A DNA stretch of 64,000 nucleotides, taken from an uncultured cyanobacterium (GTDB lineage Bacteria > Cyanobacteriota > Cyanobacteriia > Cyanobacteriales > Cyanobacteriaceae). Shown here one piece after another: positions 18,553-28,670 of this stretch; positions within the stretch are counted from its first letter, which is position 1, and each line of letters opens with the position of its first letter. Where the stretch lies: NCBI GenBank assembly GCA_963710605.1, contig CAVQBA010000006.1, positions 256,001-320,000 of the forward strand, written 5' to 3'. A program made the translations under genes and the position numbers. The notes under the pieces are model-generated. The model did no database searches, was not told the DNA's origin, and worked only from the letters and a program-made list of their open reading frames with translations.

Positions 18553-18954
18553 ATGTTTCAATCAATTCGCCCTGCAATTGCAATCGCTTTAGGTGCAAGT
18601 ATAGGGGCATTGAGTAGATACTATCTGGGTGAACTAGTACAAAAAAACTTAGGTGAAGATTTTGGTTTTTATGGTACATTTATTGTCAACATAATCGGCT
18701 GTATCATGATTGGTTTTTTTCTGACGTTGGCTACAGAAAGAATCAAAAATTTTCATCCTGAAATAAAATTACTTTTAACAACAGGTTTTTGTGGTGCATT
18801 TACTACTTTTTCGAGTTTTGAATTAGAAACACAGATTTTTTTAGCCGGGTCGGATTTATTACTTGCTTTTAACTATTGGTTTAGTAGTATTGTAATGGGA
18901 ATAATTGGCATTTTTTTAGGTGTTAGATTAGCAAAATTAGCAACTAGCAATTAG
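18553..18954 (+). CDS. crcB: Fluoride channel Fluc/CrcB, second subunit of a probable heterodimer
   Basis: GALSRY, GTFIVNIIGC, TGFCGAFTTFSSF. Confidence 0.93.
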   Translation: MFQSIRPAIAIALGASIGALSRYYLGELVQKNLGEDFGFYGTFIVNIIGCIMIGFFLTLATERIKNFHPEIKLLLTTGFCGAFTTFSSFELETQIFLAGSDLLLAFNYWFSSIVMGIIGIFLGVRLAKLATSN

Positions 18955-18991
18955 CAATTAATAATTAACAATCAATAATCATTTTTATTAT

Positions 18992-21544
18992 ATGAATAAG
19001 TTTAGCCTTAAATCAAAAATTATTATTTTATTATTAGGAGTTAGTCTTTTTTCTATAGCCACAGGAAGTATTTTAAGTTGGTTAAGATTTAAAATATTAA
19101 TTGAAGAACAAGTTTTTACTCAATTAACTAGTATTAAAAAAACTAAATCTTATCATACCGAATATTATTTTGAAAACTTACGCAATCAGTTAGAAATATT
19201 AAGCGAAAATCAAATTTTAGTTACGGCAATAAGTGAATTTAATACGGCATTTCAAGAATTAGAAAATTATCAACTTTCTAGCAATATAAATCAAGAAGTG
19301 AAAACTTTTTATGAAGAGACTTTTTTTCCTAAATTAGCTCAAAATAGAGAAGGAGAGCAAATTTATAGTAATTATTCTCCTTTAAGTAAAGCAGGTATAT
19401 ATCTTCAGTACCATTATCTAGTTAAAAATCCTTTTTCTTTAGGTGAAAAAAACAAATTAAACTCAGCAAAAGATAATAGTAATTATAGTCAGGTACATAA
19501 TAAATATCATTCAATTTTGCAAGACTTAGTCAAAAAATTTGGCTATAATGATTTATTTTTAATTGATTATCAAACAGAGGCAATTATTTATTCAGTCTAT
19601 AAAGAAACTGATTATGCAACTAATTTACAAAAAGGAGCTTATAGTCGTAGCAACTTAGCTTCTGTTGTTAATGCAGTCAAAGACAATCCTGCTAAAGGTT
19701 TAGTTCATGTAACAGATTTTCAGTCTTATACACCTAGTTATGGTGAACCTGCGGCTTTTTTGGCAATACCTATTTATGATAATACTCAGATTACTGGTAT
19801 TTTAGCTGTTCAATTACCGATCGATAAACTTAACAGTATTTTAATAGAAGATAATGCTTTTCAAGGATTAGGAAATACAGGCGAAGTTTATTTATTTGGT
19901 AATGATTATTTAATGAGATCTCAAGCTAGATTATTAAAAGAAAATCCTCAAAAATATTCTCAACAAATTAAAAAATTAGGTTTACCTGAATTAACTATTA
20001 AATTAATTGAAAATTATCAAAGTTCGGTTTTTTTACAACCAGTAGATAGGAAAATAGCTAACTTAGCTATTTCAGGGGATTCAGGAAATATTATTACTGA
20101 AAATAATCAAGGTAAATTGATTTTTAGTTCTTATTCACCTTTAGATATAAAGGGATTACAGTGGGGTATTATTGCTCAAATAGAAGCCGATGAAGTTTTT
20201 GAACCTTTATATTCGTTTTTATCTAATTTAGTGGTTATCAGTGCCATTACCGCAGCACTTATTTTAGGTATATCAAATTTAGCTTCCCGAAATTTAATTA
20301 AGCCAATTCAATCTTTAATCAATTTAGGTGACAAAATACAAGCGGGAAATTACGATATTAAAGCACAATTGAATCGTAATGATGAATTACAAGAGTTAGC
20401 TCAAAGTATTAATCATATTATCGATCGAGTTCAAATTCAATCGCAATTAGTAGAAGAAAAAAGTCAAAAAAATAAAAGTTTATTATTAAATATTCTTCCT
20501 GATGTAGTTGTTGAAAGACTCAATCAAGGTGAACAATCAATTAATGATTCTGTTTCTCAAGCTACTGTTGTCGCCACTAGAATCGTCGGCTTAGATGAAT
20601 TAGCAACTCAAAGAAATCTTGCTGAAATTGCTGAAATTTTTAATCAGCTAATTAATAGTTTTGATGGGTTAGCAATCGAATATGGTATAGAAAAGCAAAA
20701 CACGATTGGGGCTGGATATATCGGTATTTGTGGTTTATCAGTCGCTTATTTAGATCATGAACAAAGATGTGTTAGGTTTACTTTTGAAATGCTAGAAGCG
20801 ATCGAATCTGTTAATGCAAAATATGAAACTAATCTTGGTTTAAGAATAGCAATTCATTCTGGGGCGTTAAGTGCAAGTATTATTGGTAAACAGAAATTTG
20901 CATATCAAGTTTGGGGAGAAACAATTGATAATATCATCAAAATCAATCAAGCACAAAAAATAAATAATATTTTAGTGACTCAATCTCTTCAAGAAAAATT
21001 AACAGATCAATATTTATTTATTAAACATTACGGTGTCGATAACGAAGCAAAAGGTAAGATTCAGACATGGATGTTGATGACACCTAAAGGTACATTCTCT
21101 AAACAAGTAGATTTAGTTCAAGATTCTTTCGTTAAATTATTACCTCAAATGGATTCGACAGGAGAATTGTTTTACGATCGATTATTTAAAGTTGCTCCTC
21201 AAGTTCGTCGTATGTTTAAAAAAGACATGAAAACACAACATCAAAATTTAATGTCAACTTTACAAATAGCAGTGAATGGTTTGAGGAATTTAGAAACTTT
21301 GTTACCGATTGTGCAAGATTTGGGGAGAAAACACGTAGGTTACCACGTTGTGCCCGAACAATACGATTTAGTCGCAGAAGTCTTGATTTGGACTTTAGAG
21401 CAACAACTAGCTCAAGATTTTACTCCTTCAGTCAAAGTAGCTTGGCGTACTGCTTTATCTTTAATTATTAATGTGATGAAAGATGCGGCTATGTCTGTAT
21501 CTGATTTAAATGTAGAAAACAAAAAAATTAATCAAGCTGTTTAA
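18992..21544 (+). CDS. Membrane sensor: TM-dCache-TM-HAMP-class III cyclase-like (degenerate)-globin
   Basis: YSVYKETDYATNL and GLG.TGEVYL Cache region; HAMP; LLLNILP, LRIAIHSG, Y.VWGET cyclase fold; C-terminal globin (ELFYDRLF..AP..R.MF, LGRKHVGY, AW). Confidence 0.88.
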   Translation: MNKFSLKSKIIILLLGVSLFSIATGSILSWLRFKILIEEQVFTQLTSIKKTKSYHTEYYFENLRNQLEILSENQILVTAISEFNTAFQELENYQLSSNINQEVKTFYEETFFPKLAQNREGEQIYSNYSPLSKAGIYLQYHYLVKNPFSLGEKNKLNSAKDNSNYSQVHNKYHSILQDLVKKFGYNDLFLIDYQTEAIIYSVYKETDYATNLQKGAYSRSNLASVVNAVKDNPAKGLVHVTDFQSYTPSYGEPAAFLAIPIYDNTQITGILAVQLPIDKLNSILIEDNAFQGLGNTGEVYLFGNDYLMRSQARLLKENPQKYSQQIKKLGLPELTIKLIENYQSSVFLQPVDRKIANLAISGDSGNIITENNQGKLIFSSYSPLDIKGLQWGIIAQIEADEVFEPLYSFLSNLVVISAITAALILGISNLASRNLIKPIQSLINLGDKIQAGNYDIKAQLNRNDELQELAQSINHIIDRVQIQSQLVEEKSQKNKSLLLNILPDVVVERLNQGEQSINDSVSQATVVATRIVGLDELATQRNLAEIAEIFNQLINSFDGLAIEYGIEKQNTIGAGYIGICGLSVAYLDHEQRCVRFTFEMLEAIESVNAKYETNLGLRIAIHSGALSASIIGKQKFAYQVWGETIDNIIKINQAQKINNILVTQSLQEKLTDQYLFIKHYGVDNEAKGKIQTWMLMTPKGTFSKQVDLVQDSFVKLLPQMDSTGELFYDRLFKVAPQVRRMFKKDMKTQHQNLMSTLQIAVNGLRNLETLLPIVQDLGRKHVGYHVVPEQYDLVAEVLIWTLEQQLAQDFTPSVKVAWRTALSLIINVMKDAAMSVSDLNVENKKINQAV

Positions 21545-21566
21545 TGTAATTAACTCAAAAGAAAAA

Positions 21567-23081
21567 ATGGCAAAATCAACTTTAGTTTGGGGATTAATTA
21601 TCATGATTGCTATTCCAATTGTGGCAGTTATTTTAATTGAGTGTATTCGTTATTTTGAGAAACAAAAAAGTTTGTTTACTCCTGTTGTTAAAAATATTTG
21701 GCAATATATTTTTCCTCTAACGGTTTTATTGTTAGTGATGACTAAACTTTTAAATTTTACCAGTAATAATATACTAGTAAAGGTCATTGAAACAGGTTTT
21801 TGGATTGGAGCATTTATTACTTTACTGGCAGTAATTAACTCAATTTTAACGACAAAAGAAGTAGGTAAAGGGCTTTCACAGATAAAAGTATCTAATCTAT
21901 TTTTTCAATTAACCCGTGGTTTAGTTTTAGCCGTTATTTTCTATTATGTTTTTGAAGTCGTTTGGCAAGTTAATTTAGCTAACTTAGCAGGTGCATTAGG
22001 AATTGGTTCGTTAGTAATTGCTTTAGCCCTGCAAGATACTTTTAGTGGTCTTGTTTCGGGTTTTTTATTAGCAATCGATCGACCTTTTAAAGTTGGTGAT
22101 TGGATAAAATTTAATGAAATTGAAGGAGAAGTTATTGACCAAAATTGGCGTGCGGTGAGAGTAGAAACATTGTTTGGTGATGAGATTATTATTCCTAATA
22201 GTATTTTATCTAAAGCGGTGATTACTAACCCTGTGAATCTTTATCCTTGGATTTGGCGAGAGTTAGATGTCCGTTTTGCTTATTATCATCCTCCTAATTT
22301 AATCAAAAAAATCATTTTAGAAGAAGTGTTCGAGAAAACACCCAGTATATTTGTTGAGCCTAAGCCTGTAGTTCGTGTTAGTGCTTATGAAGATTTTTAC
22401 ATTAAGTATTATATTGGTTTTGCGATGAACGATCGAGAATATCGTTCTTGTCTTGACTATGACGACATGGTTATGACTCAAATTTATTACGCTACAAAAC
22501 GAGCTAATTTGGTCACACCAATCTCAACTAAAATACAATTAAAAAGCGATCGACATCCTTATAATCCTTATTATGATCCTAATGATAAATACGATCGTGA
22601 TTATATTCAACAATTTTTACAACTACTATCTTATTTTTCTTATCTAGATGAAAAGACGATCGCAAATTTGACAACTAAAGCCAGTTTAAAAACTTATGGT
22701 ATGAATGAATATATTATTCAAGCACAAGAAACAGATCAAGGATTATATATTATTTTAGAAGGTAGTGTCAAACTTCAAATTAGAGATTGGCAAAATGAAC
22801 AAAAAATAGTTAGTCATCTATTCAAAGGTGATTTATTCGGTGAGATGGCACTTTTAGAAAACGAATCTTCTCCTGTTTCTATTCTGGCGATAGAAGATGT
22901 TACGGTAGTTATCTTTAACCATCAATTAATTAATACTATTATTGATAGTAACGCCAAATTTGGTCGAGATATGAATCAATTTATTGAAGAGCGGAAAAAA
23001 TTGATCGGTTTTGCTCAAGGCTTAGAAAATACAACTAAAAATCGAACCAACGAAGATGATTTTACACAGTTAATTGTTTAG
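21567..23081 (+). CDS. MscS-family channel with C-terminal cyclic-nucleotide-binding domain
   Basis: ALALQDT..GL.SG, DRPFKVGDWI, IIPNS; GLYIILEGSV and GDLFGEMALL. Confidence 0.9.
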   Translation: MAKSTLVWGLIIMIAIPIVAVILIECIRYFEKQKSLFTPVVKNIWQYIFPLTVLLLVMTKLLNFTSNNILVKVIETGFWIGAFITLLAVINSILTTKEVGKGLSQIKVSNLFFQLTRGLVLAVIFYYVFEVVWQVNLANLAGALGIGSLVIALALQDTFSGLVSGFLLAIDRPFKVGDWIKFNEIEGEVIDQNWRAVRVETLFGDEIIIPNSILSKAVITNPVNLYPWIWRELDVRFAYYHPPNLIKKIILEEVFEKTPSIFVEPKPVVRVSAYEDFYIKYYIGFAMNDREYRSCLDYDDMVMTQIYYATKRANLVTPISTKIQLKSDRHPYNPYYDPNDKYDRDYIQQFLQLLSYFSYLDEKTIANLTTKASLKTYGMNEYIIQAQETDQGLYIILEGSVKLQIRDWQNEQKIVSHLFKGDLFGEMALLENESSPVSILAIEDVTVVIFNHQLINTIIDSNAKFGRDMNQFIEERKKLIGFAQGLENTTKNRTNEDDFTQLIV

Positions 23082-23120
23082 TCAGAGTAATTTAATACTT
23101 TTGTATTGATGATAAAAGTT

Positions 23121-23310
23121 AAGACATAATTTTAGTTCAATTTATTGAACGGTTGTTGTAGCCTTGTCAATTGATTGCAAGGCGGGTTTTATCTTCTTTT
23201 TCTATTATTACTTATACTGTCTCAAACTTAATTTAAACAACTATAAGACATAATTTTAGTTCAATTTATTGAACGGTTATTTGTAGCCTTGAACTTAAGT
23301 TCAAGGCTAA
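23121..23310. repeat. Partial tandem duplication of the dispersed hairpin repeat also present at 6875-6979
   Basis: AAGACATAATTTTAGTTCAATTTATTGAACGGTT at 23121 and 23245. Confidence 0.85.
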
Positions 23311-23382
23311 TCATGTACGTTAACTAAAGTTAACTTTTAGTTTATTGGGAGATTTATTAGTGTATATAATCTTTTTTTGCTT

Positions 23383-23413
23383 AGGTGCAATTATGAAATT
23401 ACGATCGCACCTA
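23383..23413. terminator. Hairpin downstream of the phosphomannomutase gene
   Basis: TAGGTGC...GCACCTA. Confidence 0.4.
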
Positions 23414-23424
23414 ATATATTAATC

Positions 23425-24963
23425 CTAACTATTAAATTGTTCAAACACTGATAAATCTAATTGCTCAAACTGCTTAAAAAACATCAGTAAACGAGAAGCA
23501 ATTTTACTCACACCACCACTGATATTACTTTCTATATTTAAAGGTATAACAGGATCGTGTAAAGATAAACGTAATAAAAACCAACCTTTTTCTTGCTCAG
23601 ATTCACAAGCCACTCTTACCCCTTCATGATTGGGAGTAACTAGTTGCCAATCTGATTGAGTTTGAACAAATTCGCTTAATTCGTCAATTACTTTATTTCC
23701 ATATGCTTTAAAGTCATCTGTATTAATTGCAAAACGAAATTCTTCACTTTCAATCGGCTCAACTAAATCAGCGATTAAATCGGTTAATTTTTGCCCCTTT
23801 AAATTCAACTTGGCTAATTCGATTAATAATTTGGTGATTAAATAAGCACCATCATCAAGAAAATGGTTTTCTTTTAATGCCCCATGCCCTGAAGTTTCGA
23901 TCGCTAACCATGATTCCTCTCCTGCTTCGTTTAGCTTTAAAGATTCGTTGATAACGTTTTTGTAACCACGTTTGAAACGATGATGTTTACCTTGTAATTT
24001 TTCTACGATAAATTGAGTTAATCCATCAGAGGTAATTGAATCTGTAACAACAGTTGAGTGAGGATGCTCGGTTAAAACGATCGAACTGATTAAAGCAATC
24101 AGACGGTTACGATTTAATTCTTTACCCTCGGCATCAACCGCCGCTGAGCGATCGACATCAGTATCAAAAATAATACCAAAATCAGCTTGATTATCAACAA
24201 CAGCTTGAGAAATTGAAGCCATCGCCTCTTTGTTTTCAGGGTTAGGAATATGGTTAGGAAAATTACCATCAGGCTCTAAAAACTGACTTCCTGTAGTATC
24301 TGCCCCTAAGGGTTTTAATACTTTATCAGCGTAAAATCCACCTGCACCATTACCAGCATCTACGATTATTTTTAACCCTTGTAAAGGTTGCTCAAAACTG
24401 TCTGGATGATTGACAGCCTTTCTAATTTGTTGAACGAAACCATCGGCATAAACCGAAATAAAGTCATGGTTAGTTACTTTACCTTTGGTATCACTATCAA
24501 TAAATTCGTTTTGCTCAGCGAGGGTTAAAATATCAGTAATATTTTGTTTTCCTAAACCACCATTAGGGGTAAAAAATTTTAAACCATTACGATTAAAAGG
24601 TAGGTGACTAGCTGTTAACATAATCGCTCCATCGCAATTAAACCCATCGGTGATAGTACTCATAAACATTGCCGGAGTAGAGGCGATCGCAAAATTTAAT
24701 ACATTTGCCCCCAGACTATTGATACCTTCGCTTAAGGCTTTGAGTAATGTCTCTCCTGATAAACGACTATCTCTACCTACAGAAACAGTGAGTTGATTAG
24801 TTGGTTTTTGGCTTTGTTGACTTAACCATTGCGTAAAGGCTTTACCTAAAATGGTAACAACTTCAGGAGTTAGGTTAACCTTTTCGCCTTTTACTCCTTC
24901 AATTGCTACACCTCTAATATCAGAACCATTTTGTAGTTTTTGCCAATTAGTTGTTGTGATCAT
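23425..24963 (-). CDS. Phosphomannomutase/phosphoglucomutase
   Basis: GSDIRG, TASH phosphoserine, FDTDVDR metal loop, ETSGH; likely start ATG 24963. Confidence 0.92.
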   Translation of the reverse strand: MITTTNWQKLQNGSDIRGVAIEGVKGEKVNLTPEVVTILGKAFTQWLSQQSQKPTNQLTVSVGRDSRLSGETLLKALSEGINSLGANVLNFAIASTPAMFMSTITDGFNCDGAIMLTASHLPFNRNGLKFFTPNGGLGKQNITDILTLAEQNEFIDSDTKGKVTNHDFISVYADGFVQQIRKAVNHPDSFEQPLQGLKIIVDAGNGAGGFYADKVLKPLGADTTGSQFLEPDGNFPNHIPNPENKEAMASISQAVVDNQADFGIIFDTDVDRSAAVDAEGKELNRNRLIALISSIVLTEHPHSTVVTDSITSDGLTQFIVEKLQGKHHRFKRGYKNVINESLKLNEAGEESWLAIETSGHGALKENHFLDDGAYLITKLLIELAKLNLKGQKLTDLIADLVEPIESEEFRFAINTDDFKAYGNKVIDELSEFVQTQSDWQLVTPNHEGVRVACESEQEKGWFLLRLSLHDPVIPLNIESNISGGVSKIASRLLMFFKQFEQLDLSVFEQFNS

Positions 24964-25267
24964 GATCAAAAATTTTTGAAATTGATAATTACTGATGAAG
25001 AGGCGACTAATCCTCTTTACAATTAACGATAACAATTCCCTTTCAAAAACAAGAACAAAAAGTAGCTTTACTTAATATTCTTAGTTTTTAAGAAAAAAAA
25101 GAGCAAAAATTACCCTGAATTGAGGATAGTCTTAAATACTTAATAGTTGATCGTGATTTTATTTTTCACTAAATACTAAAATATAATCTGATTGTGAAGT
25201 ATCTCAATACTAAATTGAGTAAGAAATAGCAATTATTAATTATTAATTATTAATTATTAATTACTTT

Positions 25268-28198
25268 TTACCAAGTAAAATTAGTTTCGTAAACTTTCTT
25301 GCAGATAAAGTAAGAAAAGACTAAAAATAAAATCATTGGAATTGCGATCGCAATTAAGTTTGACAGACCAAAAGTCTCTAAAATATTTTTTAAAGGTAAA
25401 ACGAATTGGTGAGTGATAAAAAATGGAAATGCTAAAATCCCAATAGTTGCTGTTGCTTGAAAGATAAATTTAAGCCACTGAGGAAATTCATTGTATTGAG
25501 ATAAAATACGATCGTTAATTTTTAAAAGTACTAAAATCGCTCCAATATTAAATATCCAAGTCCAAGAAGATACTGGACGTGGCCACGTCCACCAAGTATC
25601 AAATGAATCAGCATGAGAAGAAGTGACTAGTGCGAAGGAAATCAAAGCAAGACCAATCCAAATGTAGTCAGTATTAAGCGGATTTATTTCTTTATTTATT
25701 TTCTTCCTCATGGCAATACCAATACTCATACCAACTAATACGCCAGGAGTGAGGCTAAAGTAACCAAATTTGGCAACCATCAAAATTTTAAATAATTCAA
25801 CTAAGCCATAGGCTGTGTAATTTCCCCAACCTTGTAAGAAAAAATAATATAAAAAGTGAATTAGTACACCCAAACACAAACTGACAACAACAGGATTTTT
25901 AACTTTCTCTAGTAACTTAAACCACAATCCGAGAGTAGCAGTAATTAAGAAGAAATAGCTAATAACAGAATAGAAAGAGTTAGTAAAATTAGTAAATGAA
26001 TCAAATCGATTAGTAGCTAATTGCAGTCCAATCACTCTAATTGATAGAGCGATAATACCTACAAATAAAAGTTTTAACGTTGTTTTAATAAGTTTGTAAA
26101 AACGTTGACGATCGTTTTTATATATTTCAAACAAAGAATAACCAGCCGAAACACCATACACAATACTAAAACCTTGAGTACCTGCCGCAAATATATTCGC
26201 CATCACAGGTGCTAATATTTGACCAATAACTGAAGGTAGCTTATCAAAAAGACCAGCTGACCAATGTCCAGATATAACGCAAAAAACTAAAAATCCACGA
26301 ATTATATTGATATTAAAACCTGTTTTAGTATAAAGATTAGAAATAGTGTGAGATATTTTAACAGGTTCTTTTTCGGTATTTTGAGAGGCTTGAATTCTTT
26401 GAGCTAATTCTCTAACTGACAAACCTTGTAACATTCCCCTGACAATCTCACGAGGAATACCTAACTGCTCCATTTTGACCATTACTGAGATCGCTGTTAA
26501 GGAGTCTCCACCAATGGAAAAGAAGTTACTCTCAGGTTCAATGTTATCTACTCCTAGAACTTCTTGCCAAACTTTAATAATATGTTGTTCTTGTTCGTGC
26601 TGAGTATTTGTCGTAGTGGTTGCTGTTGTCGTTTTTGAGCCTTCAATTCTCTGGGCTAACTCCCTGACTGACAAGCCTTGCAACATTCCCCTAACAATAT
26701 CACGAGAGATACCTAACTGCTCCATTTTGACCATTACTGAGATCGCTGTTAAGGAGTCTCCACCGATTGAAAAGAAGTTGCTATCTGGTTCAATATTTTC
26801 TACTCCTAATATTTCTTGCCAAACCTCGATGATATGTCTTTCTTGTTCACTGAGATGATTACCACCATTGGTTGAGAAGACATCAACATCAGGGGCTGTA
26901 CTATCAATTTTTGGTTCAGCTTCAAATAGTTTAGTTAATTCTTTTCTTTTGATTTTACCTGTGTTAGTAGTGGGAAATTCATCCAACTCAATTAGTTTAA
27001 TGGCATCAAAACTACGAATATTATTTGCCGCCATTGCTTCTGTGGCGGCTTTTTTGACTGATTCTAATGGTAAATTGTATTCTTTTAAGGTAGCAATTAG
27101 GATACCATCACCTCTCATAACATCTGGTATTCTGGTAACTGCAACACCTGATTTGATTTGAAGTGTTTCTCTGATGTGTTTTTCGATCGTTTCTGGTGAT
27201 ATTTTGATTCCACCACAGTTAATTAAATCATCCGCTCTACCTTGATAGTAAATATAACCATTCTCAATCTTACCTAAATCGTTAGTAGTTAACCATCCTT
27301 GTTGATCAATATTTTCAATTAATTCACCGTTAACTAACATTTTGCGAGCAACGTTATCTCCTTTAATCATTATTTTTTGTTCAGGAGATAATTTGATTTG
27401 CATATTACCGTAACCTTTACCTACAGATTCTAAATCGATACCTGAAGTTTGATCAATTTCTAAAAATGTACTTCGAGATGCTTCAGTTAAACCGTAGTGT
27501 TGAAGTATTTTAGCATTAGGAAAAAGAGCTTTGATTTGTTCTTTTTCTTTTTGACTCATGTATTGACTACCAATTTCAATCCACTTTACTTGATGAGTTT
27601 CTTGACCAAAAATTTGTTGACATTGAAATAACAATCGCCATAAACTAGGAACAGCAGAGATAGCATTAATCGATCCTTCTAACAGCATATCTCTGATTTC
27701 TAGCGGATTAAATCCATTTTCAGGTAAATAAAATTCTCCTCCTGCGGTGGCAACGGCTCGGCATCTACCAAAACCGAATGAATAATTAACTGGAATACCC
27801 ACATATTCTCTAATAGTTGAATCGACTTTCATTGTGTGGTTAAGACGCTCAACAACATCGTTTAAGTTTTGATGAGATAACAATACCCCTTTAGGATTTC
27901 CTGTTGTACCTGAAGTAAAAGCTATTTGGGCGAGCGATTCTGTTTGTTGAGGAATAAAACCTATTTTACACCAACCAAACTCTAATTTGGGGGTAATTAT
28001 TTTTTTTGCCCCTGTTAAATCTATTTTATAGTAATCTTGTTCACTCGTTAAAAATACGGCTATTTTTTTTTCTTGAAAACAGTTAAAAATTGTCCTGATA
28101 AAATCGATCGAATTAACTGAGACAACCCCAACTATTTCTCTAGTATTTGCACCAAAAATATGTTGTTTCGTTTGTGGGGAGATAATATCGTTTTCCAT
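25268..28198 (-). CDS. NRPS-like protein: adenylation domain + two carrier domains + polytopic membrane (acyltransferase-like) domain
   Basis: FTSGTTGNPKG, YGLTEA, TNDLG, GRADD, TGKIKR; GGDSL twice; about 350-aa hydrophobic C-terminus starting NIIRG..VF.VI.GH. Confidence 0.85.
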   Translation of the reverse strand: MENDIISPQTKQHIFGANTREIVGVVSVNSIDFIRTIFNCFQEKKIAVFLTSEQDYYKIDLTGAKKIITPKLEFGWCKIGFIPQQTESLAQIAFTSGTTGNPKGVLLSHQNLNDVVERLNHTMKVDSTIREYVGIPVNYSFGFGRCRAVATAGGEFYLPENGFNPLEIRDMLLEGSINAISAVPSLWRLLFQCQQIFGQETHQVKWIEIGSQYMSQKEKEQIKALFPNAKILQHYGLTEASRSTFLEIDQTSGIDLESVGKGYGNMQIKLSPEQKIMIKGDNVARKMLVNGELIENIDQQGWLTTNDLGKIENGYIYYQGRADDLINCGGIKISPETIEKHIRETLQIKSGVAVTRIPDVMRGDGILIATLKEYNLPLESVKKAATEAMAANNIRSFDAIKLIELDEFPTTNTGKIKRKELTKLFEAEPKIDSTAPDVDVFSTNGGNHLSEQERHIIEVWQEILGVENIEPDSNFFSIGGDSLTAISVMVKMEQLGISRDIVRGMLQGLSVRELAQRIEGSKTTTATTTTNTQHEQEQHIIKVWQEVLGVDNIEPESNFFSIGGDSLTAISVMVKMEQLGIPREIVRGMLQGLSVRELAQRIQASQNTEKEPVKISHTISNLYTKTGFNINIIRGFLVFCVISGHWSAGLFDKLPSVIGQILAPVMANIFAAGTQGFSIVYGVSAGYSLFEIYKNDRQRFYKLIKTTLKLLFVGIIALSIRVIGLQLATNRFDSFTNFTNSFYSVISYFFLITATLGLWFKLLEKVKNPVVVSLCLGVLIHFLYYFFLQGWGNYTAYGLVELFKILMVAKFGYFSLTPGVLVGMSIGIAMRKKINKEINPLNTDYIWIGLALISFALVTSSHADSFDTWWTWPRPVSSWTWIFNIGAILVLLKINDRILSQYNEFPQWLKFIFQATATIGILAFPFFITHQFVLPLKNILETFGLSNLIAIAIPMILFLVFSYFICKKVYETNFTW
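26391..26848 (-). repeat. Internal duplication encoding the two carrier (PCP/ACP) domains
   Basis: About 26391-26596 and 26645-26848 are highly similar at DNA and protein level. Confidence 0.9.
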
Positions 28199-28670
28199 CG
28201 TTTATCCTCAGTATTAAAATACAAAATAATTTATTCACAAAGCAAGGAATGAGAAATATAGGTTATTAAAACAGTTAATTTATTGAATTTAAATCAAAAC
28301 TGCTGTTAAGTTTAGCATTTAAATCTTTATATCTTTTTACGTCAATAAGGTCAAGACAATTATCTTCAATCATTGATATTAAAATGAGAAGTTTAGCTAA
28401 AAATATTATCCTATCATGATTTAGCTTGTGTCTTTTACCTTACTCGATCGAGCGTATCATAACGTTTTTACTCAATATTCAAATACAAAATTGGTTCGTT
28501 TAAAAATAAGATATTTTAATTACTAGTTGATGATTACTATTTAAATACAAATCTAGGGAATTAATTTTAGTATGGGTTGAGTTTAACTAAATGATTGAAA
28601 AGATAGCCAACCGCACAACCCATCACCATATATTTAAACTCTATTATCTGCACATACAGCCGAATTAATA

